A stretch of 37,322 nucleotides of DNA from a virus (Duplodnaviria; Caudoviricetes): positions 1 through 37,322 of the IMG/VR virus record IMGVR_UViG_3300002091_000014; one strand, 5' to 3'. Both the position numbers and the translations under genes were made by a program. How positions within the stretch are numbered: position 1 is the stretch's first letter; each line of letters opens with the position of its first letter. Positions 7,983 to 15,586 of the stretch are shown here, piece by piece. The notes under the pieces were generated by a model. It did no database searches and had not been told where the DNA came from. It saw only the letters and a list, made by a program, of their open reading frames with translations.

Positions 7983-8005
7983 ACCCCGCGCCGGCGGGGT
8001 TTTTT
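7983..8005 (+). terminator. Rho-independent terminator closing the cI transcript (timm-like)
   Basis: ACCCCGC-GCCG-GCGGGGT followed by TTTTT. Confidence 0.8.
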
Positions 8006-8014
8006 ACGCCAGTA

Positions 8015-8053
8015 GCGAACTCAAGTTCGCCACCAGTTCGCCACCAGTTCGCC
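8015..8053. repeat. 11-bp tandem repeat with one inverted heptamer copy
   Basis: AGTTCGCCACC x2 plus AGTTCGCC (8024-8053); GCGAACT at 8015-8021. Confidence 0.8.
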
Positions 8054-8106
8054 GTTCTATCCCGCGCCAAACCGGCCTAGGATTTGTCCCAATAAAAAAC
8101 AATCAC

Positions 8107-8145
8107 TCTACACTTGTTGACTTGTCAACTAAACATCTGTAGAGT
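8107..8145 (+). promoter_or_regulatory. Left operator region: two 14-bp operators and the PL promoter
   Basis: TCTACACTTGTTGA (8107-8120) and TAAACATCTGTAGA (8130-8143); TTGACT(8117-8122)-17 bp-TAGAGT(8140-8145). Confidence 0.85.
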
Positions 8146-8184
8146 TCTTCTTGTGCGCTAACCCACCGGCGCAAGGAGATCGAG

Positions 8185-8487
8185 ATGTCAGTCGCAGCAA
8201 CCAAAGTCATGATCCGCGTAGGCCACCCGGCCTACCAAGGCGCAAACGCGGTGCGCCTGTGCTTCAGCAAATCTCAAGCCGTCCGTGTTCTGCGCAACCG
8301 TGGAATTCGCCGCGACTCCGCACGCGAAGCCATTGAACGCGCTTTGGAAGTCGGCGGTAGTTCCGTCAACGCAAACATCCTCGAAAGCATCGAGATCGCC
8401 GACATGGCTAATCACGCCTGGGACGGCTACTACTCGGAAGACCGCCCGACCCTTCGCCGCCAGTGGGCCGGCCGTTCTGAGGCCTGA
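8185..8487 (+). CDS. Hypothetical protein, first gene after PL
   Basis: AAGGAG RBS; Arg-rich segment RVLRNRGIRRDSAR. Confidence 0.7.
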   Translation: MSVAATKVMIRVGHPAYQGANAVRLCFSKSQAVRVLRNRGIRRDSAREAIERALEVGGSSVNANILESIEIADMANHAWDGYYSEDRPTLRRQWAGRSEA

Positions 8488-8491
8488 CACC

Positions 8492-8638
8492 ATGAGATCG
8501 AACACGCCTAGCTGGGTTCATCTTCTCTACTACATCCCTCCCGAAAACAAACAGTGGCCGACAGCCGCTGAGTGGGCATACGCCCTTGCGTTCGTCACGG
8601 TGTTCTTCGTCCTGATTCCTTGGCTGATGGGGGCGTAA
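8492..8638 (+). CDS. Small membrane protein (48 aa)
   Basis: MRSNTPSW...WAYALAFVTVFFVLIPWLMGA; fills the operon gap. Confidence 0.5.
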   Translation: MRSNTPSWVHLLYYIPPENKQWPTAAEWAYALAFVTVFFVLIPWLMGA

Positions 8639-8640
8639 TC

Positions 8641-9015
8641 ATGCTTGAAGCATACGAAGTCGATCTCAATCGCCACCTTGCCAAGATTGACCGCGAAGAA
8701 TCCCGCGAGCAAGCCATTGAAAGCCGCATGGAGCAGTCGATGGGTGTCGGTGAAGCCTATCACCCGTGCGATCCCCTGAACTTTATCGAAGCGCTCGAGG
8801 AAGGGAATCGCGCTTTGCTTAAAACCGCCCTCGAGCTTTTGGAATCCGGTGATTTTGCGACCGGTGGCCAGCTGCTCCACCAAATCGCCAATGACCACTG
8901 GGCAGCAATTGCCCGTACTGACGCTGAAGCCGACGTTGATGGTGACTGTGATCGCTGTTTTGGCAAAGGTTGCCGACGCTGCGACCCCGAAGAACCAGAT
9001 CCTTTTTTTGACTGA
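8641..9015 (+). CDS. Hypothetical protein with C-terminal CxxCxGxGCxxC
   Basis: Likely start MLEAYEVDL; acidic, ending in CDRCFGKGCRRC; precedes the recombination genes. Confidence 0.65.
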   Translation: MLEAYEVDLNRHLAKIDREESREQAIESRMEQSMGVGEAYHPCDPLNFIEALEEGNRALLKTALELLESGDFATGGQLLHQIANDHWAAIARTDAEADVDGDCDRCFGKGCRRCDPEEPDPFFD

Positions 9016-9024
9016 GAGATAACC

Positions 9025-9744
9025 ATGAACGCAATTGTTCCGTTTAACGAGATGGAAAGCATGGCTGGCTACATCGTTCGCTCTAAGCTGTTCGGCGCGA
9101 AAGATGAATCGCAAGCCATGAGCCTGATGCTGCTGGCTCAGGCTGAGGGCATGCACCCGATGTCTGCCATTCAGGATTTCGACATCGTGCAGGGACGTCC
9201 AGCCCGCAAGACGCATTCGATCCTTGCCCGTTTCCAGCAGGCCGGTGGTTCTGTGTCGTGGGAAGAAATCAGTGCAAACCGTGCTTGCGGCGTCTTTTCG
9301 CACAAGCAAGGCGGATCGCTGAAAGTCGAGTGGACCATTGACCAGGCCAAACGAGTCGGCTTGACCGGCAAAGACAACTGGAAAAACTACCCGCAAGCGA
9401 TGCTCCGCGCGCGCTGCATTGCTGAAGGTGTCCGTGCCGTGTTCCCAGGCGCCATCGGCGGAATGATGTCCGTTGAGGAAGCGCAGGACATTGTGCAGCC
9501 AGCGAAAGACATGGGTTCGGTTGAGATCGACACCGGCTCGATCCGGGCGAAATGGATCCCGGCCGCCGCCGAAGCCGCGTCACTTCCTGACCTCGAAACC
9601 GTCTGGAAGTCCGGCATTACCGAGATTAAGCCGACCGGCGATATGGCCCTTTACAACGAATTCAAAAACACGGTGATCGAGCGCAAGGCTGCGCTGAACA
9701 CCTTGACCATTGACGATGACGGCGTTGTCGAGGAGGCAGCATGA
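9025..9744 (+). CDS. RecT-like single-strand annealing protein
   Basis: GMHPMSAIQDFDIVQGRP...AKRVGLTGKDNWKNYPQAMLRARCIAEGVRAVFP; paired with an exonuclease. Confidence 0.75.
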   Translation: MNAIVPFNEMESMAGYIVRSKLFGAKDESQAMSLMLLAQAEGMHPMSAIQDFDIVQGRPARKTHSILARFQQAGGSVSWEEISANRACGVFSHKQGGSLKVEWTIDQAKRVGLTGKDNWKNYPQAMLRARCIAEGVRAVFPGAIGGMMSVEEAQDIVQPAKDMGSVEIDTGSIRAKWIPAAAEAASLPDLETVWKSGITEIKPTGDMALYNEFKNTVIERKAALNTLTIDDDGVVEEAA

Positions 9745-10373
9745 AGTTCATCAACTGCACCCAAGGTAGTCCTGACTGGTTTGCCGCGCGCGCCGGGGTC
9801 ATTACGGCCAGCATGGCGCGGGTTGCCTGCGAAACCCTGAAAAACGGTGAACCGACGCAAGCCAACAAGGATTACGCCTACCGCGTGGCCGTCGAGCAGA
9901 TCTACGGCGAGACCACCGAAGATGTTTACCAGACGTTTGAAATGCGCCGCGGCACCGAGCTGGAGCCCGTCGCGCGGATCTGCTACGAGGCCAAGACGGG
10001 GAATCTCGCGCAGGAATCCGGCATCGTGCTGACTGACGACGGTGTCTTTGGCTATTCGACAGACGGATTTGTCGATGACGATGGCCTCATCGAGATCAAG
10101 TGCCCGAACTCGGCCCGCAAGATCGTCGAAATGTGGCAGACGGCCAACCTGGACGAATACATCCATCAGATCCAGTTTGGCCTGTGGATCACCAGCCGCA
10201 AATGGTGCGATTTCATTATGTACGCGCCGCAGCTCGAGCGAGTGGGCAAGCACCTGTTCGTCAAGCGCGTTGAGCGTGACGAGGATTTCATCGAAACGAT
10301 GGAGGCGCAGTTGGTCAGCTTTTACAAGCGCGTTCAATCGCACGTTGATTGCCTGGAAGCAAAAGCCGCATAG
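9741..10373 (+). CDS. YqaJ / lambda-exonuclease family
   Basis: QGSPDWFAARAGVITAS, MRRGTELEP, STDG...LIEIKCP and YIHQIQ. Confidence 0.9.
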   Translation: MKFINCTQGSPDWFAARAGVITASMARVACETLKNGEPTQANKDYAYRVAVEQIYGETTEDVYQTFEMRRGTELEPVARICYEAKTGNLAQESGIVLTDDGVFGYSTDGFVDDDGLIEIKCPNSARKIVEMWQTANLDEYIHQIQFGLWITSRKWCDFIMYAPQLERVGKHLFVKRVERDEDFIETMEAQLVSFYKRVQSHVDCLEAKAA

Positions 10374-10378
10374 ATCAA

Positions 10379-10443
10379 TGGGGGAAAGCTGCGCGCCTGA
10401 AGCGTACGGCGGGAATCGAACCCCGTGCGCAGCGAGTACCCCA
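10379..10443 (+). ncRNA. Candidate structured intergenic RNA with a loop-E/sarcin-ricin internal loop
   Basis: TGGGG/CCCCA stem, GAAA/GAGTA internal loop, 9-bp GCTGCGCGC/GTGCGCAGC stem; occupies the only sizeable intergenic gap of the PL operon. Confidence 0.55.
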
Positions 10444-10461
10444 CCATTTTGGAGCAGTGAT

Positions 10462-10911
10462 ATGGCCCAATCCAAGAAGCCCCGCAAGCCGTACAAGCCA
10501 CGCGCAATCCGTACCCCGATGATTGTCGGGACTGATCTTGTCCTGCGTCCTCTGGAAGCGATTATCGACCAGATAAACAGGGATGGGACGGTTGACGCAA
10601 GTAGCCGGGGCGTTCCCATGTTCAAGGCGTCAGACGGTCTCTGGTACGACTCGGCAGCAGCGATTGAGGGGATTATCTGGCACTTTGAGATTTTCGCCAC
10701 GCGCCACAAGATTGACTTGCCGATTGAGCCGTTGCGCGAACTTCACATTGCGCTGAAGTACTGCGTGCCGGTGTTTGAGCGCACGTTGACGGGCTGCAAG
10801 CTGGCCATGCCCGAACTGCGCCGCGCCATGTCCCTTGCCGATCCTGACGAGCAACGGGACATCCTCATGCAAGCGCAGATCAAAGAACAGATGGAAAGGA
10901 TCGCAGCATGA
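10462..10911 (+). CDS. Hypothetical phage protein
   Basis: GGAG RBS; start MAQSKKPRKPYKPR. Confidence 0.7.
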   Translation: MAQSKKPRKPYKPRAIRTPMIVGTDLVLRPLEAIIDQINRDGTVDASSRGVPMFKASDGLWYDSAAAIEGIIWHFEIFATRHKIDLPIEPLRELHIALKYCVPVFERTLTGCKLAMPELRRAMSLADPDEQRDILMQAQIKEQMERIAA

Positions 10912-11210
10912 CGCGCGTGTACCTTTCTGGCGCCATGAGCGGCAAGCCTGACCTGAATTTCCCGCTGTTCAACGCCGAGGCCGCGCGCCTTCGATCCCTT
11001 GGCTATGACGTGGTGAACCCGGTCGAGCTCTGCCCGGATCCAGCTGCGACCTGGCACGACTGCCTCAAAGCTGACATCAAGGCCCTGCTCGACTGCGACG
11101 CGATCGTGATGCTGCCTGGTTGGGTCGACAGCCAGGGCGCACACCTTGAGCTGAACATCGCCCACCGCGTGGGAATCCTGATTTTGATGGCAGCGGAGGT
11201 GACAGCGTGA
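10908..11210 (+). CDS. DUF4406 / nucleoside 2-deoxyribosyltransferase-like protein
   Basis: VYLSGAMSG.PDLNFPLF...VVNP...LLDCDAIVMLPGW..SQGAHLE. Confidence 0.85.
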   Translation: MTRVYLSGAMSGKPDLNFPLFNAEAARLRSLGYDVVNPVELCPDPAATWHDCLKADIKALLDCDAIVMLPGWVDSQGAHLELNIAHRVGILILMAAEVTA

Positions 11211-11281
11211 TCAACGACCTTCTGATGCTGCTGGCGATCTCGATGGCCTTTACCGCCCTGATTTTGTGGATGAACCGATGA
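11207..11281 (+). CDS. 24-aa hydrophobic peptide
   Basis: GTG start after GGAGGT; MINDLLMLLAISMAFTALILWMNR; GTGA and ATGA coupling at its two ends. Confidence 0.5.
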   Translation: MINDLLMLLAISMAFTALILWMNR

Positions 11282-11946
11282 ACCGCCAATTCTGGACATT
11301 CGTCGACGAATACGTCCTGCGCAGGGTTTATCCGCACTATCGCGGCGAGGACATCGCGGTAGTGATGGGAATACCGCTGCGAAAGATTTACGCAAAAGCC
11401 AAACGTCTTGGCCTGACCAAATCTGACGAATTTTTCAACGGTCCCCAGTCGGGCCGCACGGACGGTCAGCGCGGATCCTCGACCAGGTTCAGGAAGGGAA
11501 ATGTGCCCTGGACAAAAGGCACCAATTACAACGCCGGCGGCCGCTCCATCGAGACCCGGTTCAAGGGTGGCCACCGGCCGCACACCTGGTTGCCCGTTGG
11601 CAGCTACCGGATCAACCCTGACGGCTACGTCGAGCTCAAGTTCAGCGACGAGCCAGGGCGCTATGACAAGCGCTGGATCCCTGTGCACCGCAAAGTCTGG
11701 ATCGAAGCATACGGACCGATCCCGCCCAAGCACATGATCGTCTTCAAGGACAACAAAAGGACGACGAATCCAGAGGAAATCATTGCCGACCGCCTCGAGT
11801 GCATCGATATGGCTGAAAACGCCAGGCGCAACAACATGTGGCTGAACCACCCCGAGTGGGCGCAGCTCGTTCACATCAAGGCCCAGATCACCAGGCGCGT
11901 CAACAAAATCATCAAGGAGTCACCATGCCAGACATCAACGAACTGA
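11278..11946 (+). CDS. HNH endonuclease (HNH_3-like) with N-terminal HTH and NUMOD3-like repeats
   Basis: TRFRKGNVPWTKG, TRFKGGHRPH and HRKVWIEAYGPIP..MIVFKD.....LECI...EN. Confidence 0.8.
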   Translation: MNRQFWTFVDEYVLRRVYPHYRGEDIAVVMGIPLRKIYAKAKRLGLTKSDEFFNGPQSGRTDGQRGSSTRFRKGNVPWTKGTNYNAGGRSIETRFKGGHRPHTWLPVGSYRINPDGYVELKFSDEPGRYDKRWIPVHRKVWIEAYGPIPPKHMIVFKDNKRTTNPEEIIADRLECIDMAENARRNNMWLNHPEWAQLVHIKAQITRRVNKIIKESPCQTSTN

Positions 11947-12182
11947 GGAAAGCCCTGATGGATACCCTCACCGACCTGCGCAATCCCGACAAACCGATGG
12001 AGGTCGACCGGGCCCGGGCAGTCGCCCAGGTGGCTGGCGTCCTGGTCGACACCGCGCGCGTCGAGATCGAGTTCATCAAGGTGACGGGCGGCGACCGCTC
12101 CGAATTCATCGCGCCCGACCAGCCGAAGCCCGAGCTGCCCAAGGGAATCGTCGGTATTCGTCAACACCGGATCGCGGGGTAA
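11925..12182 (+). CDS. Hypothetical phage protein
   Basis: AAGGAG RBS; MPDINELRKALMDTL...DRARAVAQVAGVLVDTARVE. Confidence 0.7.
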   Translation: MPDINELRKALMDTLTDLRNPDKPMEVDRARAVAQVAGVLVDTARVEIEFIKVTGGDRSEFIAPDQPKPELPKGIVGIRQHRIAG

Positions 12183-12185
12183 GCC

Positions 12186-12521
12186 ATGGCAACCCGATCA
12201 ATAGTAGCCGAGCGCGACGAAGCAATCATTGAGTTCTGCACCGGTGGGGCGACGATGGCAGAAATCTCCGAATATGTTGGGATTAAGCCATCTTCAATCG
12301 GCAATTACATGGCGCGTCTTCAGATGGAAGGACGCATTGAGAAAGTCCCGCCACCCAAGCGTCAATTCGGCAAAGGTGGCGTGACGGTCATATTCATCAA
12401 ACCAGGTACTGAGTTGACGCATCCACCTGTGTCGTTGGCTGCGACTGTTGAAACCGGCCCTGTCTACAACTGGGACTTTATCCATGTCATGCACCGCATT
12501 CTGCACCTGGGGGCGATATGA
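12186..12521 (+). CDS. Winged-helix DNA-binding protein
   Basis: TMAEISEYVGIKPSSIGNYMARLQMEGRI. Confidence 0.65.
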   Translation: MATRSIVAERDEAIIEFCTGGATMAEISEYVGIKPSSIGNYMARLQMEGRIEKVPPPKRQFGKGGVTVIFIKPGTELTHPPVSLAATVETGPVYNWDFIHVMHRILHLGAI

Positions 12522-12712
12522 ATAATGACAGGCTCAAAACCATTATTGTGGCAATCGACAAGAAGACGAAAACTGAGAAATTGACTGCGACTCAAAAGAT
12601 GGAATTGCAAATGTACGGGGTGCTTCAGCAGTTTCTTTGCGAGATTGGCGGCGTCGAAGAATTGGATCGGATCACCAACGAATTGCTTGCAAAGTACGGA
12701 GAGTCAGCATGA
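12518..12712 (+). CDS. Hypothetical protein
   Basis: Translationally coupled on both sides. Confidence 0.55.
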   Translation: MNNDRLKTIIVAIDKKTKTEKLTATQKMELQMYGVLQQFLCEIGGVEELDRITNELLAKYGESA

Positions 12713-13452
12713 GGCAGAAAATCAGGCTTGAATTCGTGGACATTACGCTGATTCAAACCGACTACTCATATCAGCGCCCGTTGGACGAAAAGCGGGTTGC
12801 GAGGATTGCCAAAGCGTTCAAATCCGGCGCTGCAAAGGCGATTTCATTGTCACTCAGGGCTGACGGAAGTCTGAATTGCTATGACGGAAACACTACGCTT
12901 CACGCAATGCTTCGGCTTGGGTACACGCACGTTCCTGCAATCGTCGTGAAAGGCAATCCCGAGCAAGAGGCGCGTTGGTTTCTCACCATGAACGGCATCG
13001 CCACAAAGCGAGTAACGCCACGGGAAATGCAAGGGGCCGGATTGGTTGCCAAAGAAGACAAGGCAATCGCAGCGAAGGAATTTCTAAGCGAGTTCGGGCT
13101 GACGGTTTCGTCCGGTGGCAATCGTCCTCACCAGACAAGCTCAATCGGGTTTATCAGGGACGCTGCGGTAAAGAATCCAGACACACTCAGAGCGTCAATG
13201 CAGATCATCGTGCGCCTTTGGCCTGATGAGCCTGAGTCATGGTGCAGGAATATCATGCGCGGAATGTTTGAAGTCTGCGCGGCTGGAATGGGCGATCAGG
13301 TTGCGCGAAAACTCAAATCGCACAAGATCACCCCGCGCCGAATCCTTGATGTTGCGTCTGGAATGCAAATCTCCACCGGACAGCCTGGAAGCGGAGCCGG
13401 ATACATGAAAAAGGCAATCCTCCAACTTGCGAAGATGGGAGAACCAGCATGA
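12709..13452 (+). CDS. ParB/Srx-like N-terminal domain protein (DUF6551-like)
   Basis: Likely start MRQKIRLEF; DYSYQRPLDEKRVARIAKAF...YDGNTTLHA...EQEARWF. Confidence 0.65.
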   Translation: MRQKIRLEFVDITLIQTDYSYQRPLDEKRVARIAKAFKSGAAKAISLSLRADGSLNCYDGNTTLHAMLRLGYTHVPAIVVKGNPEQEARWFLTMNGIATKRVTPREMQGAGLVAKEDKAIAAKEFLSEFGLTVSSGGNRPHQTSSIGFIRDAAVKNPDTLRASMQIIVRLWPDEPESWCRNIMRGMFEVCAAGMGDQVARKLKSHKITPRRILDVASGMQISTGQPGSGAGYMKKAILQLAKMGEPA

Positions 13453-13616
13453 AAGTCACAGACACAGGTCGCCCGCTGATGTGGATCAACCGTCCAAGGC
13501 TCAAGGGTATGGATATGTCGAAAGTCGTGCTGCGTCCGAATGCGCTTGATGTTCTGAGCAAGCCCAGCAGGATCGGCAATTCACTTTTCTACCCTGACGG
13601 GCAAGTTGTCAAATGA
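13449..13616 (+). CDS. Hypothetical 55-aa protein
   Basis: Hand-translated MKVTDTGRP...LSKPSRIGNSLFYPDGQVVK; ATGA-coupled at both ends. Confidence 0.6.
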   Translation: MKVTDTGRPLMWINRPRLKGMDMSKVVLRPNALDVLSKPSRIGNSLFYPDGQVVK

Positions 13617-13744
13617 TCGCCCTGCTTGTAGTCGGAATCGCCCTGTGTGTGTTCGCAGTCCTAGCCTTGATCTGGACGAGTCCAGGTGGCTGTTGTCAGG
13701 ATTGCCAGCAAGGCCGCGATTGCCGGTGCGGAGATGAAGAATGA
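13613..13744 (+). CDS. 43-aa TM protein with Cys-rich tail
   Basis: Hand-translated MIALLVVGIALCVFAVLALIWTSPGGCCQDCQQGRDCRCGDEE. Confidence 0.6.
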   Translation: MIALLVVGIALCVFAVLALIWTSPGGCCQDCQQGRDCRCGDEE

Positions 13745-13899
13745 CCCCCATCGTCAACGTAGTCCCGCTCGACACCGGCTACCAAGTCCGACTGTCAATC
13801 GGCAATCAGTCGTTTGACATCAGCACGCCGAAAGACGATCCGGCAGACGCCTGGTATCTCGCTAAACAGTTACGGGCAGCATTGAAGGAAATCAAATGA
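13741..13899 (+). CDS. Hypothetical 52-aa protein
   Basis: Hand-translated MTPIVNVVPLDTGYQVRL...LRAALKEIK; ATGA-coupled at both ends. Confidence 0.6.
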   Translation: MTPIVNVVPLDTGYQVRLSIGNQSFDISTPKDDPADAWYLAKQLRAALKEIK

Positions 13900-14429
13900 T
13901 TACACGCGAACAACTACAACAAATTCCGGATGCTGTCTTGTATTCCGCGCCGATCATCGGCTATGTCTGCCGCACTGGTCATGGGTCGCAGTTCAAGGAA
14001 ACGATAAGCCCTGAACTTGCTGCGCTTGAATGGGGTGGCAAGAAGATGTGGGTTCCCGTTTGTGAAGCCAACGCCGCGCCCGATCCGGGCATGGTTAACC
14101 GCTTATGCCAAGTGATGCTGAAGCATGGAATGTCTACCGGACATGGCGACACGCTTGCTCAGGTGATTGACGAACTGGATTGGCAGCTTAAAGAACTGCG
14201 TGAAAAGAACGCCGCGCAACAAGACCAAGACGCGAAGTCATTCTTTGACTCGCTTTGCAGCCCCTGCCCGATTTGTGGTGGCAAAGACGCGAAGGACGCA
14301 GCGCGGTATCGGTGGCTGCGTAATTCAAGCCACTGGCCTGCGGTATTCGCAATGCATGACGCCCCAGAACCGTTGCGCGACATTGATTTAGATGCGGTGA
14401 TAGACCAAGCCATGAAGGAAAAGCCATGA
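13896..14429 (+). CDS. Mosaic early-region protein (ead/ea22-like modules)
   Basis: STGHGDTLAQVIDEL and KDAARYRWLR...LDAVIDQAM modules. Confidence 0.65.
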   Translation: MITREQLQQIPDAVLYSAPIIGYVCRTGHGSQFKETISPELAALEWGGKKMWVPVCEANAAPDPGMVNRLCQVMLKHGMSTGHGDTLAQVIDELDWQLKELREKNAAQQDQDAKSFFDSLCSPCPICGGKDAKDAARYRWLRNSSHWPAVFAMHDAPEPLRDIDLDAVIDQAMKEKP

Positions 14430-14617
14430 CCCGCCGCATAGTCGATGGCTACATGGTCACGGAGTCCGATACTCGCGTCACGATGCGCCCGATTAACACA
14501 GATGACAAATATGCCTTCGTCCTTCGCCTCTGCGCCCATATCTCAGGCTGCACCGAGTCGCAAGTGGATGCGCAGATCGTCAAGGTGATGAGTGAAAACA
14601 AGTGGGAGGATGTATGA
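14426..14617 (+). CDS. Hypothetical protein
   Basis: Coupled ORF in the early operon. Confidence 0.55.
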   Translation: MTRRIVDGYMVTESDTRVTMRPINTDDKYAFVLRLCAHISGCTESQVDAQIVKVMSENKWEDV

Positions 14618-14814
14618 GCAAATATCGTGTGTACGGCACAATGACCGCATCTAAATTTCTGGGTGAGTTTGAGGCAGACAGCGAGGATGATGCGCTTGTG
14701 ATGGCGCTAAACAGCGAAGCGAACCATGTGACGTTGTGTCATCAATGCGCGGGAGAAATTGACCTGTGCGAAAACTCGTTCGTTGACGGACAAGTTGAGG
14801 AGATCAAGCCATGA
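14614..14814 (+). CDS. Hypothetical protein with CxxC
   Basis: GGAGG RBS; MSKYRVYG...LCHQCA. Confidence 0.6.
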   Translation: MSKYRVYGTMTASKFLGEFEADSEDDALVMALNSEANHVTLCHQCAGEIDLCENSFVDGQVEEIKP

Positions 14815-15032
14815 TCCCCACAGACGAAATCATCAGCATGGCGCAGGAGTGTCATGTACCAGTTGACTGGCGCGTCAATAATCTTGTGAGGTTCGCCAAT
14901 CTTGTAGCTGCCAGAGCAGCAGCAATCGAACGAGAGGCTTGCGCGGAGGTTTGTGACAAGGCATCTGAAGCGGGTAGCAATACGGCATACATGATTGCCA
15001 AAGCAATCCGCGTCCGAGGAGATCAATCGTGA
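14811..15032 (+). CDS. Hypothetical phage protein
   Basis: DEIISMAQEC...RFANLVA...EREACAEVC...AKAIRVRG, a common phage motif. Confidence 0.7.
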   Translation: MIPTDEIISMAQECHVPVDWRVNNLVRFANLVAARAAAIEREACAEVCDKASEAGSNTAYMIAKAIRVRGDQS

Positions 15033-15169
15033 CAACCCTGCAAGCTATGCGACTCGCCAGAAAAATCCTTCGCGGAATTCTTGTCACACACCAATGGGAT
15101 ACAACAGCACTTGATGCATACGAGGCATTGAATGCCGCGATTAAACGGGAGAAACAAAATGTACGGTGA
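15029..15169 (+). CDS. Hypothetical 46-aa protein
   Basis: GAGGAG RBS and GTG start; hand-translated. Confidence 0.5.
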   Translation: MTTLQAMRLARKILRGILVTHQWDTTALDAYEALNAAIKREKQNVR

Positions 15170-15305
15170 CGTTTTCGGTGAAGCAATTATCCGCATGCTA
15201 ATCGCGGCTTTCATCATTGGTGGTGCAGTCGCTGCCGCTTTGATTTTTGGCATTCCTTGGTTATGGGAAATCGTCAAACCTTGGATTCATGTGGTGACAG
15301 CATGA
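15159..15305 (+). CDS. 48-aa membrane protein
   Basis: GGGAG RBS; MYGDVFGEAIIRMLIAAFIIGGAVAAALIFGIPWLWEIVKPWIHVVTA. Confidence 0.6.
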   Translation: MYGDVFGEAIIRMLIAAFIIGGAVAAALIFGIPWLWEIVKPWIHVVTA

Positions 15306-15586
15306 GCAATGAAATGAAAACGCCGTGGTTCGTTACACAAGCAGCAGATGATACTTATACCGTGCTGGATGCAATCGGATACCCTCTGGCGCGTGGTGCT
15401 GATGACGAACTCGCCGCCCACATCGTGAAGTGTGTCAACGCGCATGAGGGGTTGGTGGAGGCTTTGCGGAGCATCCTTGATATGTGCAACGAGGACAGCC
15501 ACGCACGGGATTACGCATCGCGCCAAACTGAAATCCGTGGCACGGCAATTGTTGCGATCCGCAAGGCACAAGGAGAATCAGCATGA
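15302..15586 (+). CDS. Hypothetical phage protein
   Basis: TPW...AAHIVKCVNAHEGLVEAL...KAQG module. Confidence 0.7.
   Translation: MSNEMKTPWFVTQAADDTYTVLDAIGYPLARGADDELAAHIVKCVNAHEGLVEALRSILDMCNEDSHARDYASRQTEIRGTAIVAIRKAQGESA

Noticed and set aside
7930-8070. N-terminal extension of the DUF5678-like ORF (127-aa call)
   Set aside because: It crosses a terminator and a repeat array; the strong RBS supports ATG 7929
10398-10430. tRNA gene on the minus strand (GGTTCGATTCCC)
   Set aside because: Only a T-arm-like piece; no D or anticodon arm, imperfect T-stem and no CCA; kept only as part of the RNA finding
11278-11946. Intron- or intein-associated homing element
   Set aside because: Freestanding, translationally coupled ORF; no interrupted gene or intron structure evident
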